A stretch of 41,441 bases of DNA from Welwitschia mirabilis (lineage: Eukaryota). Below, in pieces: positions 1 to 12,340 of the stretch. Position 1 is the first letter of the stretch. Every line of letters begins with the position of its first letter. The notes under the pieces were generated by a model, which made no database searches, was not told the DNA's origin, and worked only from the letters and a program-made list of their open reading frames with translations. Both the position numbers and the translations under genes were made by a program. The stretch is from assembly GCA_051453625.1 (NCBI GenBank), contig JBOZIK010000001.1, positions 29,629,132-29,670,572 on the forward strand. Direction: 5' to 3'.

Positions 1-462
1 GCTCTCCTCTAATCAATAGAGGACATGACACTGACTTGTAAAATCTAAGATTAAAAAGAAGAACTGTCGTACTTTCTCATAGTACATCTGAACAATCTTT
101 AAGTTCAGATTTTTATTTTGCTTGTATCATTCTACCTTCTTTAGAAGAAGATATTATTGTACCTTAAAGAAGATATCTATGAATTAGTTCATCTCTCTTT
201 CTTTCATTCATCTGTGGTTGAGGATAAGCCTTCTCCTTGGCTGTGAAAGATTATTTGGTGAGCCTAAAAACCATTCTTGAAAACTAATATATGCCAGCAA
301 AAACAAGGAGTCTAGAAAGCTGAAGGGTGGTATCTATTCATCATTAAATACCTTGTTTTTATATTCCTTTTATATTTATCATATTTGTAGTTGTGAAGAA
401 CAAGAAAATAAGTTTTAAAAGACCTATTCACCCCTCTCTAAGATCGATCCTCGACTTTCACA
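1..462 (+). mobile_element. 3' end of an LTR (probably Sirevirus/Maximus-type Ty1/copia; 3' or solo LTR), truncated by window start
   Basis: Ends in CCTATTCACCCCTCTCTA...GACTTTCA(CA) at 423-462, resembling the ATTCACCCCCCTCT motif near Sirevirus LTR 3' ends. No PBS follows, so it is not a 5' LTR. No partner LTR in the window. Confidence 0.5.
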
Positions 463-485
463 ACTATATATCACAACTTATACAT

Positions 486-513
486 GTGTGTGTGTGTGTG
501 AGTGAGAGTGTGA

Positions 514-560
<47 letters not shown>
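486..560. repeat. Compound microsatellite (TG)n-(GAGT/GAGTGT)-(GA)n
   Basis: Directly visible: TG run grading through GAGT units into about 20 GA units. Confidence 0.97.
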
Positions 561-564
<4 letters not shown>

Positions 565-890
565 TTATTCTAGTCTGTGATGGAATGTAAATCCAAAGAT
601 CTTTAATTAAATATCATGCATAATCTTTAAATTATATTTTAAAAAAAAGTAAAGCTTTATAGTTTTGAAATAATTTCAAATTATCTTAATAATTTGATAA
701 GTTTTTTGGTGTAAATTTTCTTTAATAAAATTGATATGACCATAAGGAAATAAAAATAATAAAATAGATTTATTTGAAATAAAATATCAAATAAAAACTT
801 TATTGGATAAAGAAATTAATTTCATTATTACTTAGAAATGTGATAAAAGCCTTACTCAAGCTACTTAAAGATAAGAAATAAATTACTCTT

Positions 891-1500
891 CTAGAACTTG
901 TTCTTTTTATTGGGATGTCTAGTTTTAGATGACTTTATAAAACTCTCACTGAGGAGTAATAGGTGCATTTCACTTAACGATTCTGATGGCATGCTGATTT
1001 CTTCTAGGTGAGCTCGCTAAAAGTTCTTTTAAGGCTTTGCATTCGATATTGTCTCTTTTATGTTCTTCTTATCAAAGCTTAGTGGAGCTAAACTAAGTGT
1101 AGTATTTTTGCCTTGAAGATAATCCACTTTCTTTTCTAATACCTGCATCTGTGTAGCTTGTTTACCTAAGAAAACATTATAAGCTAAGTCTTCTTGATTA
1201 AGTTGCTAACGTAATTCTTTTATTCTAACCCATAGATACTCAACCACTAAATAATAAATCATGAGACCAAAACTTAGAGGAATGGTCCCATTCTTAAAGT
1301 GTTCTCCACTATCTTTAGTAATAAAGGCATTTAATATATCTAAGATCTTAGTAGTTGATTTATAACTATAATGATTGGGATTCTACACTTCTAATACACA
1401 TATTAATCTATGTAGAACCTAAGTTAAAAAGGCAATGCTTTATCTTTTTAACATCTAAAGCAATAATAGGGAGGTAAGGGGGAGTAGATGCCATAAGGAT
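891..1500 (-). pseudogene. Decayed ORF of unknown identity, probably transposon-derived, with coiled-coil-like content
   Basis: Manual minus-strand translation gives about 170 codons with only a few stops (…KILDILNAFITKDSGEHFKNGTIPLSFGLMIYYLVVEYLWVRIKELR*QLNQEDLAYNVFLGKQATQMQVLEKKVDYLQGK…), long for DNA this AT-rich. No motif recognised. Confidence 0.3.
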
Positions 1501-2081
1501 TGAATAGGAAGAAATAGTAAGGACTAAATAGGATTGATTAAAGGATCTATAAGACTTAGTATGGAGAATGATAAATGGTTGATATGAAGGAATGAAATTT
1601 ATAGCATGAGTATTACTTAATTTAGTTAACAAGTGTGATTTATCTTAAGATACTCAGTGCACACATGTTTAGTGATGAAGTAAGAGACTTTAAAAGAACT
1701 ATGTACCTATTTTATCCAACATCCATGATGTACCAAGTATATAGCAATGATCATCATGTCAAGATAGAAGTTGGCGAATTTTAAACTAATCAAGATTCAA
1801 ACTAAAGTTAAAATTTCAGCTTAATTTATGATCAGCTTAGTTTTTCCTTAAGTTGTAAGTCTTTATAAGAATTCATCAGATTTAGTTATCATCATTAATT
1901 ACCAAATGATTAATTGAAATCCTAAAGATTAAGGAAAATATTTAAGTAACATTATAAAAACATTATTAGTAATATACAGAAAAAGAATTTTTTTTTAGAA
2001 GAGAATAATAAGATTCTACTTGTATTATTTCTTTAATAGCACATTTTCATGAGCTAAAATTTTAGAATAGGTTCATTCAAT

Positions 2082-2405
2082 TAACTGATACTAAGTCAAA
2101 GTTTGAAATTTAAGTAAGATTTTTAGCCAACTTAATAAATGTAGAAATTTGTCTTCCTAAATTCTGTATCACTTAAACCTCTATCAAACAATATCATTTG
2201 GCTTAATTAATACTAATTCAAAGTCAAAAATCTGAGTAAGATTTCAAGCCAAGTCATTATGATGTAATCTTAAGAAATTAACTAACACTAATCCAAAGTT
2301 AAAGCTTGGATTAGGATTTCAAGCTAAGCTATTATGCTATAAACTCAAGAAGTTGACTAACAACAGCTCAAAGTTGAAACTTTGAATTGGATTTCAAGTC
2401 AATTT
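2082..2405. repeat. Degenerate ~70-bp tandem repeat (3 adjacent copies ~2205-2405 plus a partial copy ~2082-2135)
   Basis: Recurrent unit AACTAA(C/T)ACTAA..CAAAGTT.AAA...GA.T(A/G)GATTTCAAGC.AAG..ATTATG..TAA.CT.AAGAA. Confidence 0.75.
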
Positions 2406-3374
2406 ATTTTTATTAAACCCATTACTGATGAGTGGAATCCTTTTCTTGATGACCCTCATTGATTTTTTATCATATCTTCTTCTATGATCATGCTTCTTTA
2501 TTTTATCTTACTAAATGGTTAGGATTTGAAGGACCCCATTGAGAACTTTTAAATTCTTGATGACTACCTTTGAATTCTTTATCACCTCTGTAATGGATTT
2601 GACAACTCCTATCTGGAACTTAAGAGTTCTTGATAATTCTTGTTCAATCCTTTTATTGAGAAAAGTAGTAATCACTTAAATATAATTCCCTATTCCTCCA
2701 ACCTATCACTTAAAATCAAACTTGATGATCTGCTTCTTATTCTTAATGGCCATCATTAAAAAGCAATAAATAGCTTATTCCCATGTTACTTAGTCCATGT
2801 TAGCCTACATGATATGCATTTCAGATTAACTAATTTTTTTTTTATTCTATTTGCCATCATGTCACTCATTTTAGACATCAACACTCACATAGAAATGATC
2901 ACTGTTTTCTAGTGAAAATGTTTACTATCTCTAAACATGTGAATTAAATGCAATCTGAAGTATGAGTTTTAGCTATTTTAAAAGGGAAAGAGACATGTAA
3001 TTCTACTTTCACTTGTGAATTTTATTTTCTCATGCTTAAATTTCTTTAATCATTATGGCAAGATAAATCCACATCAAAATTTCAAGTTTGTCATTCTTTC
3101 TCATGTTTTTATTTTTACACATCCAAGAGTATGGAAATATTTAACTTGGAGGTAGGATGAACAATAAATTTTATAAAAATAAAATGCTAGTGAAGCATAA
3201 ATTATTTTAGGGTGATATTTTTCCAATATTTTCTATTTAATGATGTTTTATATTTTTTTAAGACCTTTTTAATGAATGTAAAAGTATTTCTCAAATATTA
3301 TTACTTAAGTAGTTTTCAAAAAATATTTTTTAAATAAGAGTTTTAGTGATCTTGTCTAACTTAAATAATTATGA

Positions 3375-5960
3375 CAATTTGATAGAATATAAAATCATTT
3401 CTTCCTTAAATTTTGCAAATGTGCTTTTAGACCCCTATTTAGCAAATTTTAAATAAAGAATTATTGAATTTTGTTAGTACTAGTGGTTAATAATGAATTA
3501 TGGATTTGCTTTAGAATATGTTTATGAATTTTATAAGAATTTGAGGTTTGATGAAAGGAAGAATGTGATAAAAACAATTTTTAAGAATAAAAGTATCCAT
3601 TACTCAAGAAGAAACTAGAGAAATGTTTCATTTGCCATATAGAGGTAAATCTATTAAGGATACAAGTAGGAAAGAAGATACAAATTTAAGCATGAGTCTA
3701 TTAAGGAGGATGGAAGTCCAAGGCAGAATACCTATAAATAAAGATTTAGAACCAAAATTTTTAATTATTTCAAGAATTATGGTCAACAATTTAGCACCAA
3801 TTCTTCATAAACATAAGGATATCACATTACTAGGGCTATATAAGATAGAAGTTTTAAAGGATAGAATAAATTAAAAAAAATGTTAATATTGTAAAAGGAG
3901 TCTTTTGGGTTTAGTTAGACATATTTCAAAAATGAAGAAAGTTGGAATATAAGCTTCTGATGTAGTGGATTTAGAAAGCCTAAAAACTAAATAAAAATAA
4001 AGTTTCATTTAGATAAAATAAGTTCTATATAGACTTGATGATTTAGAGTCTTTTTGTGATTAAAGAATTAATTTTTTTAAAAACCATAAGGTAAAAATGT
4101 TTATCTCAAAAAATTTCTTAATCAGACCTAGGTAAGCCCTCTTCTATTTTTAAGAGCCTTCCATCATTATTGTCTCCTACAAGTATGGATCAACACCTAA
4201 TGTAATTCACTTTTGAAGAACTTCTTCCTTCTTATCCATTACATTCTAATCCATCTTCTAAAGCACTATAAGATTATAAGTTTAATAGTCTTTGCAGTGC
4301 TTTAAATTCTATTAAAGAATGACTTCAAACTTGTCTCAATAGGAAGAAAGAAATATTAAAATTATAAAATCAAGTTACCTTTTTAAAAATTGAGAATGAA
4401 TTCGTAAGATAAAAATTAGATCAAGAAAAAAATGCTAAAAAATTATAGCATGATATAATCAAGAAGGAGGAAAATATTTAGCTATCATAAGCATATAAGA
4501 ATATGAATAGGAAATTACAGTGAGCTTATAAGTGAACTATTAAATTAGAAATAGCTACCAAAGAAAAGAATGAATTATAAATTTTTCCCAAGAGGAATAC
4601 CATAAATGTTAGCTTCTTTATTACAAAATCTCACTTCAACCAAGAAATATGATGTTGAATATATAAATCATCAAAAAAAATTTATTACATTTATGCATAA
4701 TGAAGGTCCTTTACCATTAAGTAGGGAATACTCATAGAAAATTTATGCAAACCTAAAAGGTATGAATGAAAAATATATAAAGATTCAAGAAAAGCCTCGA
4801 AATATAAATATAAATGGGTTGAAAATAAAAATTTAATTAATTATTATCATTCCATCTTAGAAGCAAATAAGAGAGTCATGAATTAAATGATAGAATAAAT
4901 AAGACTCTAAAGAATAGAAGAGAAGGAGCAAGCTCTTTTGGTCATCAACCCCATCAAGATCTAGCTATTGAACATATGGCCTTAGAAATAAAAGAGGAGA
5001 TGAGAAGGGTAGAAGATTTAATACAAGATATTCCTTCTACCTCTTTAAATTTATTTGCTAGAATTGAAAATAAAATAAATCTAAGTGTTGAATATGCTTT
5101 AAAAGAATCTTATGTAGAGTTGAATAAGAATATTTGGTTACTATGCCTAGAATATACTCAAATTATTATTAAAAATTTAGAAAAATAAAATATGAAACTA
5201 TTGCATGAACTACACCTAGTGAATATTAATTTAGATAAATTAATTACTCTTAGTCATAAGGAATTGATAGTTGCTCAAAGCCTTGATTACTATCAGTACA
5301 CATTATATGATTTTATTGATAGATTTAAAGAGAAATTGGAAAGTATCATTCAAAAGACTTTTGAGGATGGTCAAAGTTGAATAGAGTTTTTGATACTTGT
5401 AAAAAATAGGTTAATCTTTAAAAAGTGAATTTAAAGAAACAAAATCTATAGGGAACTTAAAATTCTTTTAAATAATACAAGAAATAAAATTTTGTAAAAT
5501 AATAAAAGAGTGTAAAACAAATATGAAACTTTTTACAGTGTTCTCTCAAGATCTTCAGCAGCTGTATTCATTTAGAGATAGAGTTTTAAAAAGCAAAGAT
5601 ACATTAGAGATATATATAGTCCCATTAGGACAACCTTCAAGAATAGAATTGAAAGTTAAAGTAGCTTAAGAACCAAAAAATATGCCTCAGAGTCCCAAAA
5701 TAAAAATTCCTTCAAGTCATAAAAGGAAGATAGAAGATCCAAAACAATCAAAAGATTCTTCAAGAGGAAGAGGTAGAGGAAAAAGGGTAGTAACTAAAGA
5801 ACTATCAGATCCAAATACTATTAGATTTGAAAGAGCATATTTTACAAAAAGAATAAAGGAAAATTCTAGCTACTTTAAAATAAGAAAAGAAATCAGCCTA
5901 GTTGGGTAAAATATTAAAAGAGTTAAAATCAAGTGAAGATCATCCCTTTATTACCAAAAG
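3375..5960 (+). pseudogene. Element E: decayed ORF2/'env-like' protein of an Athila-like retrotransposon (plant transposon protein domain, then coiled-coil region, then basic tail)
   Basis: Translation across stops/frameshift: …LEYVYEFYKNLRFDERKNVIKTIFKNK / VSITQEETREMFHLPYRG…LEPKFLIISRIMVNNLAPILHKHKDITLLGLY…, matching the VxEFYxNL…IT…LxLP..G…NLxP pattern of Athila/SIRE extra ORFs. ORF-track fragments 3623, 4976, 5192 and 5682 are collinear on +. Lies directly upstream of a PPT+LTR. Confidence 0.65.
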
Positions 5961-6030
5961 AAGAAAGGAAAAATCATAAGCTTATTTTTCTTTCCTCTGT
6001 ATACTTTATTAAGGAACTAATAAAATCTTG

Positions 6031-6043
6031 AGCTTGGGGTATA
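6031..6043 (+). other. Polypurine tract of element E
   Basis: AGCTTGGGGTATA immediately before TGATGAGC; the CTTGGGG context is typical of Athila PPTs and matches element D's PPT. Confidence 0.6.
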
Positions 6044-7212
6044 TGATGAGCAAAGATAATGATGTAAATTATTTTTATTAATAAAATAATTTAATTCTTA
6101 TAATTATATATTTTAAATGATATTTGATATTTCTTCTTTAGTATTTAGGTTAATATGCTAGCTAGTTAATAGGTTAGTTAGTCAGTATCTGAGTAGTTTA
6201 ACGCATACATATATATATGTGGTAAGTACAAAATACCATTCAGCATGAGGACAAGAGAGAAGACCAAGGAAACAAAAAGATTACAACAACTTTAAACATA
6301 AACCTATCCCTTAAGATCAAAGAAAGAAAATGATAAAACGAAAAGAGGCTAAAAAGTATAAAAAGAGGATCACCATAGAGAGGAAGGATATTTTGGGAAA
6401 AAGGATCTCGAAATAGAACTAAGCAAAAGGTTAAAAGGAAGCTTCAGATATCCTAAAAAGGGCATACTAGCATCTCTAATGTTTTAGTGTTACTTGCAAA
6501 TAAAAACATAAACTTATCAGTATATTTCTATGTAATGTTCTGGTATTTTAATATAAAGATAAAAGGCTAATANNNNNNNNNNNNNNNNNNNNNNNNNNNN
6601 NNNNNNNNNNNNNNNNNNNNNNNNNNNNNNNNNNNNNNNNNNNNNNNNNNNNNNNNNNNNNNNNNNNNNNNNNNNNNNNNNNNNNNNNNNNNNNNNNNNN
6701 NNNNNNNNNNNNNNNNNNNNNNNNNNNNNNNNNNNNNNNNNNNNNNNNNNNNNNNNNNNNNNNNNNNNNNNNNNNNNNNNNNNNNNNNNNNNNNNNNNNN
6801 NNNNNNNNNNNNNNNNNNNNNNNNNNNNNNNNNNNNNNNNNNNNNNNNNNNNNNNNNNNNNNNNNNNNNNNNNNNNNNNNNNNNNNNNNNNNNNNNNNNN
6901 NNNNNNNNNNNNNNNNNNNNNNNNNNNNNNNNNNNTATTTCTATGTAACGTTCTGGTATTTTAATATAAAGATAAAAGGCTAATATTTTTAAGAAGTATT
7001 ATAAACATGTTTTGTTACTTAAAAAAGTAATATCCTCTTTTAATTTCTCCTATTTGTGTAGCTAAACATGGATTAAGATAATTAGCAATACTTAAAAATA
7101 AGTATTATTTATAATTTAGTGAAACTTCTATGATGTTTTTCCATTTTCTTCATTTCCCCATAATGTAATATATGTATATAATAAACTTATCAATTATCAA
7201 CCTAACTAGTTC
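6044..7212 (+). mobile_element. Putative 3' LTR of Athila-like element E (right end undefined; contains a gap)
   Basis: Starts TGATGAGC directly after the PPT; non-coding. No partner LTR visible; the right boundary is placed at the 7213 gap. Confidence 0.5.
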
Positions 7213-7394
7213 NNNNNNNNNNTGCATTTTGAACTAAATGGTTAAAGTATTAGTGGTCTTAACTAGTTATTTAGTAAATATCTTATTTTAATTTAATGGT
7301 CTAAGCTTATTTAATATTAACAACATCATAGTTTTCTATGTTTTTTGGTATAACTTCTTAGTATTTTCTATATTTATTTTACAAAATAAACTTT

Positions 7395-7800
7395 CATTAG
7401 AGCTCTAAATGTTGTTTTAACAATATCTTATTCCTTAATTTGAACTTGGCGATATCCAAATTTTAGATTAAATTTTGAGAATACCTTAGCTTTCTTGAGC
7501 TGATTAAAAAGGTCATCTATTCTTGGTAGTGAATACTTGTTCTTAATGATAATCTTATTTAGTTATCTATAATCAATACATAATCTAAGTATTTCATCTT
7601 TTTTATTTACAAATAATATAGGTGCTCCCCATGGTGATACACTAAGATGAATGAAGCCTGTTTATAAGATTTCTTCAAGATGAATTTTTAATTCTTTAAT
7701 TTTTATAGAAGACATTCTACGTAGTTCCTTAAAAATTGATTAGGTTTCTAAAATCAATTTAATAGAAAACTTAACCTGCCAAAGTGGTTACATTCTTGGT
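7395..7800 (-). pseudogene. Element A reverse transcriptase, N-terminal part (stops; truncated)
   Basis: Minus strand reads [84 protein letters not shown], a classic Tekay-type RT. It ends before the YxDD/FIDD motif. Confidence 0.93.
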
Positions 7801-8199
7801 AATTATATTGTAAATACATTAAGATATTCCTGGATTATTAGTAAACTCTTTAATAAAGTTTCTCAATCATTTAAGCTAAATGGTTTTAGGTATAACATAT
7901 AAACAATTCAATCCTTCTTAANNNNNNNNNNNNNNNNNNNNNNNNNNNNNNNNNNNNNNNNNNNNNNNNNNNNNNNNNNNNNNNNNNNNNNNNNNNNNNN
8001 NNNNNNNNNNNNNNNNNNNNNTAAATACATTAAGATATTCCTGGATTATTAGTAAACTCTTTACTAAAGTTTCTCCTTCATTTAAGCTAAATGGTTTTAG
8101 GTATAACATATAAACTATTGAATCCTTCTTAATTTCTCTTTTTATGTATACTCTAAATTAATTAAATTCTCCATTTCTAATTTGTAATGATCTTGAAAT

Positions 8200-9524
8200 A
8201 TGATTATTTGACCATGATTCATCCTTTCTACTTGATACTTTTAACAATTTATAACTGCTTTATTTTACAGTAACCAATTCATACCCAAAACAATGTCATA
8301 GTTTTCAAACTTGATAAAGCTGGTTATATTTGAAAATTACTTCTATTTGTAGATAAAGTACAATTTTAAACTTATTAATTAACTTTAGAGATAGACCCAT
8401 TTGCTAGCTCTGTACATCCCTCAATTTGAGTATAACATAATTTTTCTCTTATAATAATCCTAAGAGATATGAAGCAATGAGTTACTTCAAAATCAAATAA
8501 AATAATGACTTATTTACTATTAAGTAAAATCTTATCTTCTATAGCAGAGCTCTAAAATTATACTCCTTAATCATTTATTGCTACTTGAAGTAATCCTATT
8601 AATTAAGAAATGCTTTTTTTCTTTTNNNNNNNNNNNNNNNNNNNNNNNNNNNNNNNNNNNNNNNNNNNNNNNNNNNNNNNNNCTTTATAATTTCCCTTAT
8701 AATGGAAGCATCTATATCCATCATACTATTTCTAGTACTATTACTAACTAGGAATTTGTTGAAAATTAGATCTGTGATGGTGATTACTTACATAATTTTA
8801 ACTATGAACAATTATAGTTTCTTTTGAATGAAGTTGGCTTAGGTTGATTAAAATTCCTATTTCTATTATAACTACCACTGACATTATTTTTGTTGAAGTG
8901 CTAATTCTTATCTTAATAAGATATTCATAATCAATTTTCTTTAAGTATATGTTCTTATAGAGTAATTTTATTCTTATTTTCTTATTGTCTCTACTAATTT
9001 TGTTCTACTATCTTTGTATTTCTATATTCTCTATTAAATTATTAGATTGAAACATGGATACTTTGGTAGAAATAAAAGAAATAATACTATCAATAATAAT
9101 AATTGCTTTAGCTTCTTCATCTAAATACATATATAACACATATCTTAATAACTCTATAAAGTTGCACTTATGAGATGCTATGATCACATTAAGACTTGTC
9201 TTAAATTAGAGAATCTTGCAATCTTTTAGTGAATATAAAACTTGGTGATATACTTCTCTTTGAAAATATGCTTAAATTCCCTTCATGAAAGTTATAGATC
9301 TCCTAATTTGATCATTTATGTTTTTTACCATAAGATAACTTCTCCTTATAAATACAAGAAGCTAAAGAAGCCTTTTTGTATTCATCACATCCTAAGGTAC
9401 CTCTAACCTTTTCAACATCACTCAATCATGCTTATTCTTTGAAGGGATCTTAACTCCTATAAAATTTGGTGGATTTAGCTTAATAAAATTTCGGATTAAT
9501 TTCCTCATATCCACTTCCTTAGGT
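8200..9524 (-). pseudogene. Element A gag, zinc knuckle and aspartic protease remnants
   Basis: RNFIKLNPPNFIG (~9455-9495, gag), DGYRCFHYKG (~8690-8722, decayed CCHC), VIILFDFEVTHCFIS (~8465-8510, decayed LFDSGATHSFIS). Confidence 0.85.
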
Positions 9525-9529
9525 TGAAT

Positions 9530-10825
9530 TATACTATAACATGTAAAAATTGACATCATAATTATGTTAAATGACTAATTAATATTAATGAAAGACATAA
9601 CATTATCAATTTCATCATAAAAACATGTCTTCTATCCTTCCATATTAATTGTGGACTTAACTATTTTCCATGATATTTTTAGATTTCTTAAGCTTAATTA
9701 AAGGACATCACTTAATCTTATGATCATCAAAGTCAAAACTCTAGTTCTTCCATCAAGGATCACCAATTCCATTAGCCTTTTTACACAAATTACCTTCAAA
9801 CTCACATTCTTGATTTGTCATAAAAAATTGAATAAAATGTAGTTATGGGCTTGATCTAATTCCACATCATAGATCAATTGCATTCTTAATAACATGCGAT
9901 GATGATGACAAGGATTCATAGAGTGATATTTGGTAAGGCTAATTAGAATGACAATGAAGACACATGATATAGTCAGTAATTGGTAGCAGCTATAGCACTC
10001 CATAGCTAAGTGTGGATGTCATCCTAAGAAAGTTTATCAATTAAAAAAAGAATAAAAACTATTCTACCTAATGTAATCATGAAATTGTCCATCTAAAACT
10101 ATAATCTAGGGGCTTGTAACCACTTCTTTCCTTCATCTCTCACTATAAAAAAGCCTTAAATCCTTCATTGTATGATCTTTGACTTGAAGAATTGTAAAAC
10201 TTTGTATCATCAACTAGTGATGGATTTCTAGATAAATCTCTAGGGGAATGAGCTAGTCTTCGAGGATTACTGAGAAGTTTTTTCTACTTCTTTCTTTTTC
10301 TAGTATAAAGTTATTTCTTTTTATGATATAAACGTTGTTTTTCTTTAATTTTAATTCATGAGTAATGTTATAATTAGAATGCTTAGGTAACTACCTTAAT
10401 CATCAAATTTATTTTAGTTATGTAAATTCCTTTTCATTAATTAGTATAAGTATTTTAATTTCATAGATGTTAAGAACTTTAGAAGTCCTTATTTTCTATC
10501 ATTATTTCAAGATGAAAGTGTTAACTTAAACCAAAAGCACTTGATGGTTTTAATTATTTTACAATAAGGAAATTAGACAACATTGAAGTAAAGAAGTGCT
10601 TAGCAAGAACTGGTAATACCTTAAAGATAGTTTGCTTTTCTTCTTTTTTAAGACGAAGTTCAAACCCAAATCTGAAAATCATCTCTTTCTCTTTTTTATT
10701 TTTTTTAAATTTATAACTTTTAATTGGTGTAATTTTAAACTTAAACCCATCTTATCCCTAAAGAGTTACTATAGCTAAGTGTAAACTTAGCTTTAAATCT
10801 AGTTCATTATACTAAAATAATTAAA
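9530..10825 (+). repeat. Element B 5' LTR (last ~60 bp and PBS apparently deleted)
   Basis: Collinear with 28164-29490 (e.g. TTAATTAAAGGACATCACTTAATCT and ATAGCTAAGTGTAAACT in both); homology stops at ~10825. Confidence 0.9.
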
Positions 10826-11514
10826 TTTTATACATAGTTTTTATCTCTCCAATGATGAGTACTAGTCCTTTTTCTGATGATACCTGAGCTAATTATTTTT
10901 TTTTTAATATGTTTAGTTTTCTTTCTAATGATTGGTACTGGTTCTTCTAGTATTACCTTAAGTAGTCTAGTTTATTTTAATGTTTGTTTTTGATTATTCT
11001 CTAAATTGTTCTATATAGTTATAACATTTTTTGTAGGTTACATTTGAAGTTTGAAAAAAAATTAAAACCTTAAAAAATTTTAATCAAACTTTATATTACA
11101 TTATATGCCTTTATTTTCTACTATATCTTTCTATGTTTTTCTGTTTCTATTTATACATTTTTGCCACATATGTAAAACATTAAAATTATCTTAAGAACTT
11201 CCTCATGATTTTGATAATGTTAGGTTAAATTTTATTCATGTTTTTTTTAGGTTATAATTCACTGTAATCCTATTACTATAATACTTCTGCTTGAGATCAA
11301 TTAACTTGTGTATAAAAACTAAATCTATAACTCATAACTTAATTGGTATCACTAGCTTTCCTCAATAGTGTTACTATCATTTTGGCCTATAACATTCTCA
11401 ATGTTTTATGTAACCTTCTATGAAATGCCTAAAACCCAACCAACTTATAGGCCTAATGAAATCTAACTTGAAAAGAGTCTTAAACCTTCTTGTAATCTTC
11501 TAATCTTGTTCTTG

Positions 11515-12340
11515 CATGACATAGACATGTGACAAAATTTAAAGACTAGGCTGAAATAACATAAACCTCATCACTGATCACAAAAGAATGTTATAAACAA
11601 GAAACTAATCTTGTAATGATTCTTAAAGAGGATAGACCTCAGCCTCCCAAAATAATTAAAATAATCAACAAACTACCTCATCACAATAATCACAATAAAA
11701 CTCAAATGATTAGAAAACTTTAAGATCCTTTTAATGGAGCTTTATCTAATTAGAAGATGTTCAATAGATTAATAACCTACTATTTTGCCTAGGAAGTGAT
11801 CAAATAGCAAGCTATCCTCACTGCTACCATTAATTAACCTAGGCAAAACCTTGACAATTACCTATAATCACATATACTAGAAACACCCTCTTGCATATTT
11901 CACCACTTTTAACTAAAGGGTATAATTCAAACCCTTTACCATTGAACTCTTATCTCATGTTCATGGATTAGATCTTGGAGACCAATGCATTCATCTTAAA
12001 GAATCTAAGTGTATCCTATCAACTGTTCCTTAGTACACTAATACTTATTATGCACATAGGCTTAGCTTATTTTCCTTTTCCTTGAAAGAAAAGGTGAAAT
12101 ATTGATTATATACTCTAAAATCCTTTTTCCTTATAAATTTGGTAGACTTGAGTAAAGCTTTTATCTCCAATTCTTTCCCAATTATAAAACAAATGTCCTA
12201 AGAAAAGAAATTATAAATTTCCAATAAAAGAACTATGAAACTTTTTTCTAGATCTTAGAATGACTTAAAGACCTTTTATTAAAATGTTCCCAACATGGTT
12301 TTGAGTTAAGTAGGGAAAGAAATTTCTTCTATGATGGGTT
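11515..12340 (+). pseudogene. Element B gag, 5' part
   Basis: Decayed Athila gag motifs: TPSCI, HGLDLGDQCIHLKE, LSLFSFSLKEKVKY*LYTL, ending FFYDG(L) at the C insertion site. Confidence 0.85.

Noticed and set aside
393..590. 65-aa ORF with VCVC/ERERER runs
   Set aside because: Produced by reading through the TG/GA microsatellite.
2082..2660. Possible CRISPR-like repeat-spacer array
   Set aside because: Units are degenerate and homologous throughout, with no identical repeats and unique spacers, no cas genes, and a plant retrotransposon context.
6523..6985. 50-bp direct repeat (6523-6572 / 6936-6985)
   Set aside because: The copies sit exactly on either side of an N gap; most likely overlapping contig ends or alleles.
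7811..8132. 111-bp near-identical direct repeat (7811-7921 / 8022-8132)
   Set aside because: Flanks a 100-N placeholder gap; assembly overlap artefact, with the few mismatches probably allelic.
11344..11357. TGGTATCACTAGC as PBS of element B
   Set aside because: About 520 bp past the end of LTR homology, and the preceding bases do not match the 3' LTR terminus (…GGAACTACA); probably UTR sequence.
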